The notes under the pieces were generated by a model. That model saw only the letters and a program-made list of their open reading frames with translations, had not been told where the DNA came from and searched no databases. A stretch of DNA of 64,000 nt from Myxococcota bacterium (GTDB lineage: Bacteria; Myxococcota_A; UBA9160; UBA4427): NCBI GenBank assembly GCA_965250285.1, contig OZ252299.1, forward strand, positions 544,001 to 608,000. The letters are read 5' to 3'. The translations under genes were made by a program, and so were the position numbers. This document shows positions 1 through 8,525 of this stretch, one piece after another. The first letter of the stretch is position 1, and each line of letters starts with the position of its first letter.

Positions 1-585
1 GTCGCGACACGCTCGCCCGACGATCGCGTCGAGCCCGTGACCGGGCGGCTCCGCGTGCTCGAGGGCCTCGAGGTCGGCGTGCGCGATGGCGCCGGCGTCC
101 TGCGGTCTGCGAGCGCGGAGGGCGAGCTGTGTCTTCGCGGCGCGACGGTGGCCTCGGGCTACGCGGGGCACGCCGCCGGTCGGGCCATCGTCGACGCGGA
201 GGGCTGGCTCTCGACGGGCGACCTCGGGCGCCTCGACGCCGACGGCCGCGTCGAGGTGATCGACCGACGCGATGATCTGATCGTGAGCGGCGGTGAGAAC
301 GTGTATCCGGCCGAGGTCGAGCAGGCCCTGCTTACACATGCGTCGGTGGCCGATGCGGCGGTGGTGGCGCGCCCCGACAGCGAGTTCGGCGCGCGACCGG
401 TCGCGTTCGTCGTGCCGGCAGCGGGGGCGTCGATGCCCGCGTCGGCGACACTCGAGGCGTACCTGCGTGCGCGTCTCGCGGCGTACAAGGTGCCGGTCGC
501 GTTTCGCTCGATGCGCGAGCTGCCCCGCACCGCGTCGGGCAAGGTCAGACGCGTCGAGCTGCGCGAACGCGCGGCGCGCGACTAG
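1..585 (+). CDS. AMP-binding acyl-CoA ligase (MenE-like), C-terminal part, 5'-truncated by window edge
   Basis: Frame open from base 1; ANL-family motifs GWLSTGDLG, RRDDLIVSGGENVYPAEVE, LPRTASGK. Confidence 0.85.
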   Translation, partial: VATRSPDDRVEPVTGRLRVLEGLEVGVRDGAGVLRSASAEGELCLRGATVASGYAGHAAGRAIVDAEGWLSTGDLGRLDADGRVEVIDRRDDLIVSGGENVYPAEVEQALLTHASVADAAVVARPDSEFGARPVAFVVPAAGASMPASATLEAYLRARLAAYKVPVAFRSMRELPRTASGKVRRVELRERAARD

Positions 586-1337
586 AGGCTGGGCGCGGCC
601 TCGGTCAGCTGCTTCTCGCCGAGCTCTTCGGCCACGATCTCACGCACGTGCTCGGTCAAATCCTCGGCCGATTTGCCCTCGAAGGTCTCGGGGAGGATGG
701 GATCGAGGATCACCACCTCGATCTCGTGCCGGCCCTGCAGGACGAAACCGCGCTTGGGCAGCGCGTTGCCGCTGCCCATCAGCACGATGGGCTGGATCGG
801 CACGCGCGACGCGAGCGCGAGCTCGAAGGCGCCGGTCTTCCAGGTGCGCATCCGTCCACTGGTCGAGCGCGTCCCTTCCGGAAACATCATGATCGAGCTG
901 CCGGCCGCGAGGGTCTGCTCGCAGGCGCGCATCATGCGGACCACGCTCTCTCGGTCGCCGCGGCGCAGCGGGATGTACTGGTTGAGCCGCATGTTCCAGC
1001 CGATGCACGGCACCCTGAAGTTCTCGATCTTCGAGACCCACTTGAAGTGCGTGAACAGACGAAACAGGATCAGGATGTCGAGCAGCGACAGATGGTTGGC
1101 GACCATCACGGTCGGCCCGCCGCGATGCAGCCGCTCGCGATGCCGAACGCGCACCCGCCAGACGGGATTCAGCCAGGTGTAGAGCGAAGCCCAGAAGCAG
1201 GTGAACTGGTGGAGCACGACCTTGCGTCGATCGAAGGGCAGCGTCACCGCCCAGACGATCACGGCGATCGGAAACATCACGAGCGAGCTCACCGTGATGA
1301 AGGCCCAGAACAGCAGCGACAGCGTCTTCGCAAGCAC
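582..1337 (-). CDS. 1-acyl-sn-glycerol-3-phosphate (lysophospholipid) acyltransferase family
   Basis: NHLSLLD (HX4D) and FPEGTRS motifs, N-terminal TM segment; GTG start at 1337 chosen (preceded by a -10-like hexamer). Confidence 0.88.
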   Translation of the reverse strand: MLAKTLSLLFWAFITVSSLVMFPIAVIVWAVTLPFDRRKVVLHQFTCFWASLYTWLNPVWRVRVRHRERLHRGGPTVMVANHLSLLDILILFRLFTHFKWVSKIENFRVPCIGWNMRLNQYIPLRRGDRESVVRMMRACEQTLAAGSSIMMFPEGTRSTSGRMRTWKTGAFELALASRVPIQPIVLMGSGNALPKRGFVLQGRHEIEVVILDPILPETFEGKSAEDLTEHVREIVAEELGEKQLTEAAPSL

Positions 1338-1422
1338 GGCCGGAGTGTAGCAGCACCGGCACACCCGCTCGCGCGCGCCGGGGCTGCGCGCGCGCCGCGT
1401 CCGATCCGGCCGGGGTGCAAAC

Positions 1423-2127
1423 TCACCCGCTGCGGCAAGCGTCGACGAACGTTCGGAAGAGGGCCGCCGAGCCTTCGCCCGGCAGCTTCTCGGGATGCCA
1501 CTGAACGCCGACCAAGAAGCCGTCTTCGCCCTCGAACCCCTCGATCACGCCGTCTTCGGCCCGGGCGGTGACACGTGATCCGTCCCCGATTCGTGCGATG
1601 GCCTGGTGGTGGAGACTGTTGACGGTCGGGCCATCCGCCGCGCGTTCGAGGCAGGCCGCGAGCACGCTGTCCGGCTCGACCACCAGGCGGTGCCGGCCGT
1701 CGGCCTCGGGCAGCTGATGGTTCATCGCGCCCGGGCAGTCGACGGGGATGTGATGGTGAAGCGCGCCCCCGGTTTCGAGGGCGATCAGCTGCGCGCCATA
1801 GCAGATGCCGAGGATCGGCAGGCCGCGCGCGCGTGCCGCTTGGAGCAGCGCGCGATCGAACGCGATCTGGGGCTCGGGCGCGAGATCGAAGTCGACGCCC
1901 GGATACGGAGCGTCGGGCGCGAAGTCGTCGCCGCCGGGCAAGAGCAGCCCGTCGACGCGATCGATCAGCTCGGCGGGCGCGCCCTGCATGGGCAGGTGGA
2001 CGGCGAGGCCGCCCGCTGCGTCGATCGCGCGCGTGTACGCATGGTCGGCATAGACGTAGATGCGCCCCGCGCGCCAGCGCTCGCGGTCGTCGACGCACGG
2101 AGGGATGCCGATGAGAGGCGGCTTCAC
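1423..2127 (-). CDS. gamma-glutamyl-GABA hydrolase / peptidase C26 family (PuuD-like glutamine amidotransferase)
   Basis: KPPLIGI start, DGLLLPGGDD, LGICYG nucleophile, VNSLHHQ, GVQWHPE. Confidence 0.88.
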   Translation of the reverse strand: MKPPLIGIPPCVDDRERWRAGRIYVYADHAYTRAIDAAGGLAVHLPMQGAPAELIDRVDGLLLPGGDDFAPDAPYPGVDFDLAPEPQIAFDRALLQAARARGLPILGICYGAQLIALETGGALHHHIPVDCPGAMNHQLPEADGRHRLVVEPDSVLAACLERAADGPTVNSLHHQAIARIGDGSRVTARAEDGVIEGFEGEDGFLVGVQWHPEKLPGEGSAALFRTFVDACRSG

Positions 2128-2194
2128 GACGTCAGTATAGGCAGCGGAACGCGGCTCGGTGTCTTCGCGCGCCCCGGTCTGGCATGCTCCGCCC

Positions 2195-3061
2195 ATGGCA
2201 CGCTTGTTGGTGGTCGGATGTGGATACGTTGGCTCGGTGCTCGCAGAACGCGCGGTCGCCGAGGGCGACGAAGTGTTCGGGGTGCGGCGCAGCGAGGCGG
2301 TGCTGCCGGAAGGCGTGACGCCGATCCGCACGGATGTGGGCGAGCCGCTCGCAGCGGGCGTGCTGCCCGAGGCGATCGACCTCGTCGTCTATGCGGTGGC
2401 GGCGAAGTCGCGCGACGAAGCGGTCTACCGGCGCGCCTACGTCGAGGGGTTGCGCCACGTGATCGAGGCGTTCGACCAGGCCGCGCAGCATCCGCGCCGG
2501 CTGGTGTTCACCTGCTCGACGGCGGTGTACGGCCAGCGTGACGGAGAGTGGGTCGACGAAGAATCCGCCACCGAGCCGACATCGTTCTCGGGGCGCATCT
2601 TGCTCGAAGCCGAGGCGCTGCTCGCGCAGGCCCCGTTTGCGTGTGCGTCGCTCCGGCTCGGTGGCATCTACGGCCCGGGCCGAGCTTCACGGCTGCGGTC
2701 GGTGAAGCGGGGCGAGGTGAAGGTGCGCGACGGGGCGCCGCACTACACGAATCGGATCCACCGGGACGATGCCGCCGGAGCGACGCGACACCTGCTGTCG
2801 GTGCCTACGCTGCCGCCGGTCGTCCTCGGCGTCGACGATGCACCCGTCGACGAGGCGACGCTGGCCGACTACATGGCCGATCTCGTCGGTGCGCCGCAAC
2901 CCGAACGCGTGCCGCCCGACGAGGCGACGCCGCCCCGGGCCGGCAGCAAGCGCTGCCGAAACGATCTGCTCAAGTCGCTCGGCTACGCCTTCTCGTACCC
3001 CAGCTACCGGGAAGGCTACGCGTCGCTCCTCGATGAAGTCGAGGCGGAAGCGCCGCGGTGA
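2195..3061 (+). CDS. NAD-dependent epimerase/dehydratase (atypical SDR)
   Basis: VVGCGYVG Rossmann motif, STAVYG, LRLGGIYGPGR, NRIHRDD, YPSYREG. Confidence 0.85.
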   Translation: MARLLVVGCGYVGSVLAERAVAEGDEVFGVRRSEAVLPEGVTPIRTDVGEPLAAGVLPEAIDLVVYAVAAKSRDEAVYRRAYVEGLRHVIEAFDQAAQHPRRLVFTCSTAVYGQRDGEWVDEESATEPTSFSGRILLEAEALLAQAPFACASLRLGGIYGPGRASRLRSVKRGEVKVRDGAPHYTNRIHRDDAAGATRHLLSVPTLPPVVLGVDDAPVDEATLADYMADLVGAPQPERVPPDEATPPRAGSKRCRNDLLKSLGYAFSYPSYREGYASLLDEVEAEAPR

Positions 3062-3993
3062 GCGAGGGGCGCCGCTTCAATCGGGCGTGGCTCGTCGTCA
3101 TCGCCGTGTTCGGCAGCCTGATCGCGATGGAGGGGCTGCTCCAGCTCGCCGCACTCGCGGTCGGTGGCCTTGCAGGCCAGCGATCGATCGAGGCGGGGCA
3201 GGGCGCGGTCATCCTCTGCGTCGGCGACTCCCATACCTACGGGCTGCCGCTGCCCGAGGAAGAGAGCTATCCGAGCCAGCTGCAGGCCGCGCTCGACGCG
3301 CGCCACGGCGTCGGGACGTACCGGGTGGTCAACCTCGGCATTCCGAGCGTCAACTCGGACTTCGTCCTCAATCGCCTCGAGCGACAGATCGTGCAGCTCG
3401 ACCCGGTGCTGGTGATCGTCTGGGTCGGGATCAACAACCTCTGGAACGCCGTCGAACTCGATCAGCAGGGGGATGGCCCGGGGGAGACCTGGCGTCGACT
3501 CACCGGCTGGTCGCGGCTCGCGCGACTGGCGTCGATCGCCTTCTACCAAGGGGCCGGTCACCGCTACGACCCCGATGTGCGCGGCGGATGGTTCGAGGGC
3601 GAGGCGGCTCCATCGGGCGTGGCGGCCGGGCGACGTGAGCTACCGAACCCCGGCCCCGGTCTCGCGCGCGATCTGGTCGCCATGGGCGAGCTCGCGCGCA
3701 GCCATGACCTCCCGATCATGCTGGTGTCGTATCCCCTCGCGAACCAGCGACGGATCAGCCAGGCGATCGCCCACGCCGCAGGCCGCCTGGGCGTGCCCGT
3801 GATCGTCACGCAGGAAGACCTGCATCGTGCGCGGCGCGATGGTCACGAGATGACTGCGCTCGTCGACGAGCGGGCGGGTCCCCATCCTTCAAAGCTGCTG
3901 TACGGCTATGTCGTCGAGTCGATGGTGCCCGTCATCGAGGCGGTGCTCGCTGCGTGGTACGAGACGCCCGATTCGGGGCAGCCCGAGCGCTGA
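3058..3993 (+). CDS. SGNH/GDSL hydrolase family protein with N-terminal membrane anchor
   Basis: CVGDSHTYG (block I), NLG (II), GINN (III), terminal GPHP; GTGA overlap with the previous stop. Confidence 0.8.
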   Translation: MSEGRRFNRAWLVVIAVFGSLIAMEGLLQLAALAVGGLAGQRSIEAGQGAVILCVGDSHTYGLPLPEEESYPSQLQAALDARHGVGTYRVVNLGIPSVNSDFVLNRLERQIVQLDPVLVIVWVGINNLWNAVELDQQGDGPGETWRRLTGWSRLARLASIAFYQGAGHRYDPDVRGGWFEGEAAPSGVAAGRRELPNPGPGLARDLVAMGELARSHDLPIMLVSYPLANQRRISQAIAHAAGRLGVPVIVTQEDLHRARRDGHEMTALVDERAGPHPSKLLYGYVVESMVPVIEAVLAAWYETPDSGQPER

Positions 3994-4055
3994 TTGGCAC
4001 GGGCGCCCGCGTTCGCGCAGTCTCCCGACTGGATGTCGAGGGAGCCGCGCCCACC

Positions 4056-5210
4056 ATGCCGAAGAGAGATCGATTCGCTCGCCATGTCGAGGCCATGCCC
4101 GGTGCGGTCTACTCCCCGTTCGCCGATGCGGCCCGACAGCGCGAGGATCACATCCACCCGCTGCACGTCGGCGACACCTGGCGCACCCCCTTCGAAGGCG
4201 GGCGGCTCGAAGACCTGAAGACCCAGTCGCTACCGGGGCTCCACAACTACTGCGATACGCGTGGCTGGCCCGCCCTCGTCGATGCGATCGTCGGCAAGCT
4301 GCGCGAGCGCAACGATCTGATCGTCGAGCGCGAGTCGGTGCTGGTCTCGGCGGGGGCGACGGCGGGGCTCTCGTGCGTTGCCGGCGCGCTGCTCGAGCCC
4401 GGTGACGAGATCATGATCCTGTCACCCTTCTGGCCGCTGATTCGCGGCATCGTTCAGGCGTTCGGCGGCACGCCGGTGGAGGTGCCGTTCTACGACCGGG
4501 TGACGAGCGCCCAGTCGGCCGTCGACGTCGTGCGCGCCCATCTCAGCGAGCGGAGTGTCGCGCTCTATGTCTCGACGCCGTCGAACCCGACCGGCGCCGT
4601 GCTGCCGGGCGATTGGCTCGAAGCGCTGGCGGGCTTCGCGCGAGAAGCCGATCTCTGGCTGATCTCCGACGAGGTGTACGAGTCGCTCGTCTACGGCGGC
4701 GAACACGTGTCGATGGGGCGTTTCGCTCCGGAGCGGACGGTGAGCACGTTCAGCTTCTCAAAGACGTATGGCATGGCGGGCAACCGCGTGGGCTACGTGG
4801 TCGGGCCGCCCGCACTGATCGAACAGGCGCGCAAGATCGGCACGCACACGTACTACAACGCGCCGACCGGGCCACAGGTCTCGGCGCTGCGGGCGCTCGA
4901 GTCGGGCGACGCCTGGGTCGATGCAGCCCGCAAGAGCTACGCAGACGTGGGCCAGCGCTGTGCCGAGCGGCTCCACCTGCCTGCGCCGGGCGGATCGACC
5001 TTTCTCTTCGTCGACGTCGCCGACCAGGTCGACGAACGCGGTCTAGACGGCCTGCTCGCGGATCTGTTCGATGACGGCGTGCTGGTCGCGCCGGGGGCTT
5101 CGAGCGGACGGGGCTACGAGCAATGGATCCGGCTCTGCTACACGGCCGAGCCGCCCGACCTCGTCATCGAGGCGGTCGAGCGCGTGGCCCGGCGGCTCGG
5201 TCGAGCTTGA
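4056..5210 (+). CDS. PLP-dependent aminotransferase class I/II
   Basis: PSNPTG, ISDEVY, SFSKTYGMAGNRVGY (PLP lysine); ATG 4056 after GGGAG. Confidence 0.9.
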   Translation: MPKRDRFARHVEAMPGAVYSPFADAARQREDHIHPLHVGDTWRTPFEGGRLEDLKTQSLPGLHNYCDTRGWPALVDAIVGKLRERNDLIVERESVLVSAGATAGLSCVAGALLEPGDEIMILSPFWPLIRGIVQAFGGTPVEVPFYDRVTSAQSAVDVVRAHLSERSVALYVSTPSNPTGAVLPGDWLEALAGFAREADLWLISDEVYESLVYGGEHVSMGRFAPERTVSTFSFSKTYGMAGNRVGYVVGPPALIEQARKIGTHTYYNAPTGPQVSALRALESGDAWVDAARKSYADVGQRCAERLHLPAPGGSTFLFVDVADQVDERGLDGLLADLFDDGVLVAPGASSGRGYEQWIRLCYTAEPPDLVIEAVERVARRLGRA

Positions 5211-5368
5211 ATGCCGGGGCGTGAGTCGCGCCCGCTTCGGCCTGCTAGAGTCGAGAGCCCCGCTGCAAGCGCGCCGCGACCCGGTCCATCGGCCCGGGCC
5301 CGTCCGCGGCGACCGCAGTCGTTCACGATCTCATCGCAAGACACGCGAAGACGATGAAGGAGCGCCTC

Positions 5369-6673
5369 ATGTCCGAAGAGACCCCCCAGCGCCTCGGTAC
5401 CGTTGCCCTGCACGGCGGCCAGGAGCCCGACCCGACGACGAACTCGCGCGCCGTGCCGATCTACGCCACGACATCGTACGTGTTCAACGACACCGAACAC
5501 GCCGCCGCGCTCTTCGGCCTCGCCGAGCTCGGCAACATCTATACGCGCATCATGAACCCGACCCAGGACGTGCTCGAGCAGCGCCTCGCCGCGCTCGACG
5601 GGGGCGTGGGCGCGCTCGCGCTGGCGAGCGGGCAGGCGGCGATCAACGCCGCGCTGCTCACGATCTGCCACTCGGGCCAGAACTTCATCTCGTCGACGAG
5701 CCTGTACGGCGGCACCTGGACCCTCTTTACGCAGACGTTCAAGAACATGGGCATCGAGGTGCGCTTCTTCGATCCCGATCATCCCGAGCAGATCGATGAG
5801 CTGGTCGACGAGAACACGCGCTGTGTCTATCTCGAGTCGATCGGCAATCCCAAGAACGACGTGCCCGACTTCCGGGCCCTGTCCGACAAGGCCCACGCCC
5901 ACGGCTTGCCGGTGATCGTCGACAACACGGTGATGACGCCGGCGCTGCTTCGGCCCAAGGATCACGGCTGCGACATCGTGATCTACTCGCTGACGAAGTT
6001 CATCGGTGGTCACGGCACGCACATCGGCGGCGCCATCGTCGACCTCGGTACGTTCCAGTGGGCCGATGATCGAGACAAGTGGCCCGAGTTCTGCTCGCCG
6101 AGTCCGTCGTACCACGGCGCGGTCTTCGTCGACGCGCTCGCGCCGATGGGCAATATCGCCTTCATCATGCACGTGCGGACGCACTGGCTGAGGGATACCG
6201 GTGGCGCGATCTCGCCCTTCGGCGCCTTCCTCTTCCTTCAGGGGCTCGAGACCCTGCATCTGCGGATGCCGCGTCACTGCGACAATGCGATGGCGATCGC
6301 GCGCTACCTCGAGCAGCACGAAGCGGTCGAGTGGGTCAACTACCCGGGCCTCGAGAGCCACAGCCACTACGAGAACGCGCAGAAGTTCCTGCCCGACGGC
6401 GCCGGCGCGATCATCGGCTTCGGCATCAAGGGCGGCATGGAGGCGGGCAAGAAGTTCGTGAACTCGTGCAAGCTGCTGAGCCACCTGGCGAACATCGGCG
6501 ACGCCAAGAGCCTGGTGATCCACCCGGCGTCGACGACGCACTCGCAGCTCACGCCCGAGGAGCAGGAGCAGACGGGTGTGACGGCGGACTACGTTCGGCT
6601 TTCGATCGGCATCGAAGATGCCGAGGACATCAAGGCCGACATCGACCAGGCGCTCGCGGCTTCGCAGGCTTGA
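5369..6673 (+). CDS. metY: O-acetylhomoserine sulfhydrylase (aminocarboxypropyltransferase)
   Basis: [59 protein letters not shown] before ATG 5369. Confidence 0.92.
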   Translation: MSEETPQRLGTVALHGGQEPDPTTNSRAVPIYATTSYVFNDTEHAAALFGLAELGNIYTRIMNPTQDVLEQRLAALDGGVGALALASGQAAINAALLTICHSGQNFISSTSLYGGTWTLFTQTFKNMGIEVRFFDPDHPEQIDELVDENTRCVYLESIGNPKNDVPDFRALSDKAHAHGLPVIVDNTVMTPALLRPKDHGCDIVIYSLTKFIGGHGTHIGGAIVDLGTFQWADDRDKWPEFCSPSPSYHGAVFVDALAPMGNIAFIMHVRTHWLRDTGGAISPFGAFLFLQGLETLHLRMPRHCDNAMAIARYLEQHEAVEWVNYPGLESHSHYENAQKFLPDGAGAIIGFGIKGGMEAGKKFVNSCKLLSHLANIGDAKSLVIHPASTTHSQLTPEEQEQTGVTADYVRLSIGIEDAEDIKADIDQALAASQA

Positions 6674-6728
6674 GGATCGAGGCGACTGGCGCGGCGCCCA
6701 TGTGCGCCGCGCCGTCGCCGGTTCGCCG

Positions 6729-8525
6729 ATGGCTTCGTTCTCGAGCAGCGACAGCAACCGATCGGCGCGTCCGCTGCGCCACGCGCGTCGGTTCGAGCTG
6801 AAAGAGCCGCTCCAGCTCGAGGGCGGGGGCGAGCTCGACCGCGTCCGCATCGCCTACGAGACGTGGGGCACGCTCGACGAGGCGGGTGGCAACGCGATCC
6901 TCGTCTGTCATGCGCTTTCGGGTGATTCGCACGCAGCTCGCCACGATCAGGACGATGACCCGGGCTGGTGGGATGTGATGATCGGCCCGGGCAAGCCGAT
7001 CGACACCGATCGGTACTTCGTCGTCTGCGCGAACGTGCTGGGTGGCTGCCGAGGCTCGACGGGGCCCGACAGCCGACACCCCGAGACCGACGAGCGCTAC
7101 GGCGCCGACTTCCCACCCATCACCATCGGCGACATGGTCGAGACGCAGCTGCAGCTGCTCGACCATCTGGGCGTGGGCGAGCTCGTGTCGGTCGTGGGCG
7201 GCAGCCTCGGCGGCCACCAGGCCCTCGCCTGGGGCGAGCGCGGCGCGCACCGCACACGATCGATCATCGCCATGGCGACGTCGCCGCGGCTCACGGCCCA
7301 GGCGATCGCGTTCGACGTGGTCGGTCGCAACGCGATCCTGCGCGATCCGAACTTTGCCGGTGGGCGCTACGCCGAGACGACGGTCCGTCCCCAGGTCGGG
7401 CTCGCGCTCGCGCGCATGCTGGGGCACATCACCTATCTCTCGCGCGAAGCGATGGACGCACGCTTCGATCCGGCCGACACCGCGCCCCGCGACGTCGCGA
7501 GTGAGTTCGAGCGCAAGTTCTCGGTCGGCTCGTACCTGGCCCACCAGGGCGAGCGCTTCGTCGAACGATTCGACGCGAACAGCTACATGACGCTGTCGCT
7601 CGCGATGGATCGTTTCGATCTCGGCGGCACCCCGGCCGCCATTCGCGCGCGTCTGGGCGAAGCCGACGTGCGCTGGCTCATCGTGAGCTTCAGCAGCGAT
7701 TGGCTCTTTCCACCCTACCAGTCTCGAATGGTGGTCGATGCCCTCGTGCCTGCGGGCGGCGACATCACCTACTGCGAGATCGAGACCGACTGTGGTCACG
7801 ATGCGTTCCTGCTCGAGGACGACATCGCCGAGTATGGCGGTCTCGTGCGCGCCTTCCTCGATCCCGACGACTTCGACCCCGATGGCCCCCAGCCGATTCA
7901 GCGCCCCAGCCAGGTGGTCGGCACCGGGCACCCGGTCGACGACGCGATCCTCGAGCTGCTCGAGCCCAGTGACGCCATTCTCGACCTGGGCTGCGGCGGG
8001 GGCGGCCTCATGGGGATGGCGCGCCGGCGCGGACACGCGCGCGTGATGGGCGTCGAGCTCGCGTGCGACGCCGTGATCGAGTGCGCCGGACACGATCTGC
8101 CCGTCATCCAGGCGGATCTCGACCAGGGGCTGGGCTCGTTCGCCGACGGGCAGTTCGACGTCGTCGTCCTCTCGCAGACGCTGCAGCTGGTGAACCACGT
8201 CGAGGCGCTGCTCGACGAGATGCTGCGCGTGGGGCGTCGCGCGATCGTGAGCTTCTCGAATGCGAGCCGGGCTTCGAATCGGCGGCGGCTCGGCGAAGAG
8301 GGGCGCGCGCCGCAGCCGCTCGCCTTCGAGCATCCCGACGTCTTCGAAGCCCCGCCCATGCGGCAGTTCTCGATTCGCGACTTCGAGGGGCTGTGCGAAC
8401 GCATGGGTCTCGAGGTCGAACGGCGGCTCGGCCTGAGAGGGCGCGAAGGCGACATGGCCGAGGGCGAGCTCGACGACGACGTCGACGTCGCGATCTTCGT
8501 CCTCAGGCGCGGACCGGCGAGCTGA
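6729..8525 (+). CDS. metX: homoserine O-acyltransferase MetX fused to C-terminal MetW-like SAM-binding domain
   Basis: AYETWGTL, CHALSG, GGCRGSTGP, GGSLGG nucleophile, GHDAFL; then ILDLGCGGG...DVVVLSQTLQ...AIVSFSN. Confidence 0.9.
   Translation: MASFSSSDSNRSARPLRHARRFELKEPLQLEGGGELDRVRIAYETWGTLDEAGGNAILVCHALSGDSHAARHDQDDDPGWWDVMIGPGKPIDTDRYFVVCANVLGGCRGSTGPDSRHPETDERYGADFPPITIGDMVETQLQLLDHLGVGELVSVVGGSLGGHQALAWGERGAHRTRSIIAMATSPRLTAQAIAFDVVGRNAILRDPNFAGGRYAETTVRPQVGLALARMLGHITYLSREAMDARFDPADTAPRDVASEFERKFSVGSYLAHQGERFVERFDANSYMTLSLAMDRFDLGGTPAAIRARLGEADVRWLIVSFSSDWLFPPYQSRMVVDALVPAGGDITYCEIETDCGHDAFLLEDDIAEYGGLVRAFLDPDDFDPDGPQPIQRPSQVVGTGHPVDDAILELLEPSDAILDLGCGGGGLMGMARRRGHARVMGVELACDAVIECAGHDLPVIQADLDQGLGSFADGQFDVVVLSQTLQLVNHVEALLDEMLRVGRRAIVSFSNASRASNRRRLGEEGRAPQPLAFEHPDVFEAPPMRQFSIRDFEGLCERMGLEVERRLGLRGREGDMAEGELDDDVDVAIFVLRRGPAS

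Noticed and set aside
5210..5368. SAM or SAH riboswitch in the metY leader (contains CTGCAAGCGCG and some hairpins)
   Set aside because: Lacks the SAM-I AUC..GAG core, the SAM-II GAUUU/AAAU/GCUAAA elements and the SAH GAGGAGCG...CAGGCUC pattern; an Rfam scan would be decisive
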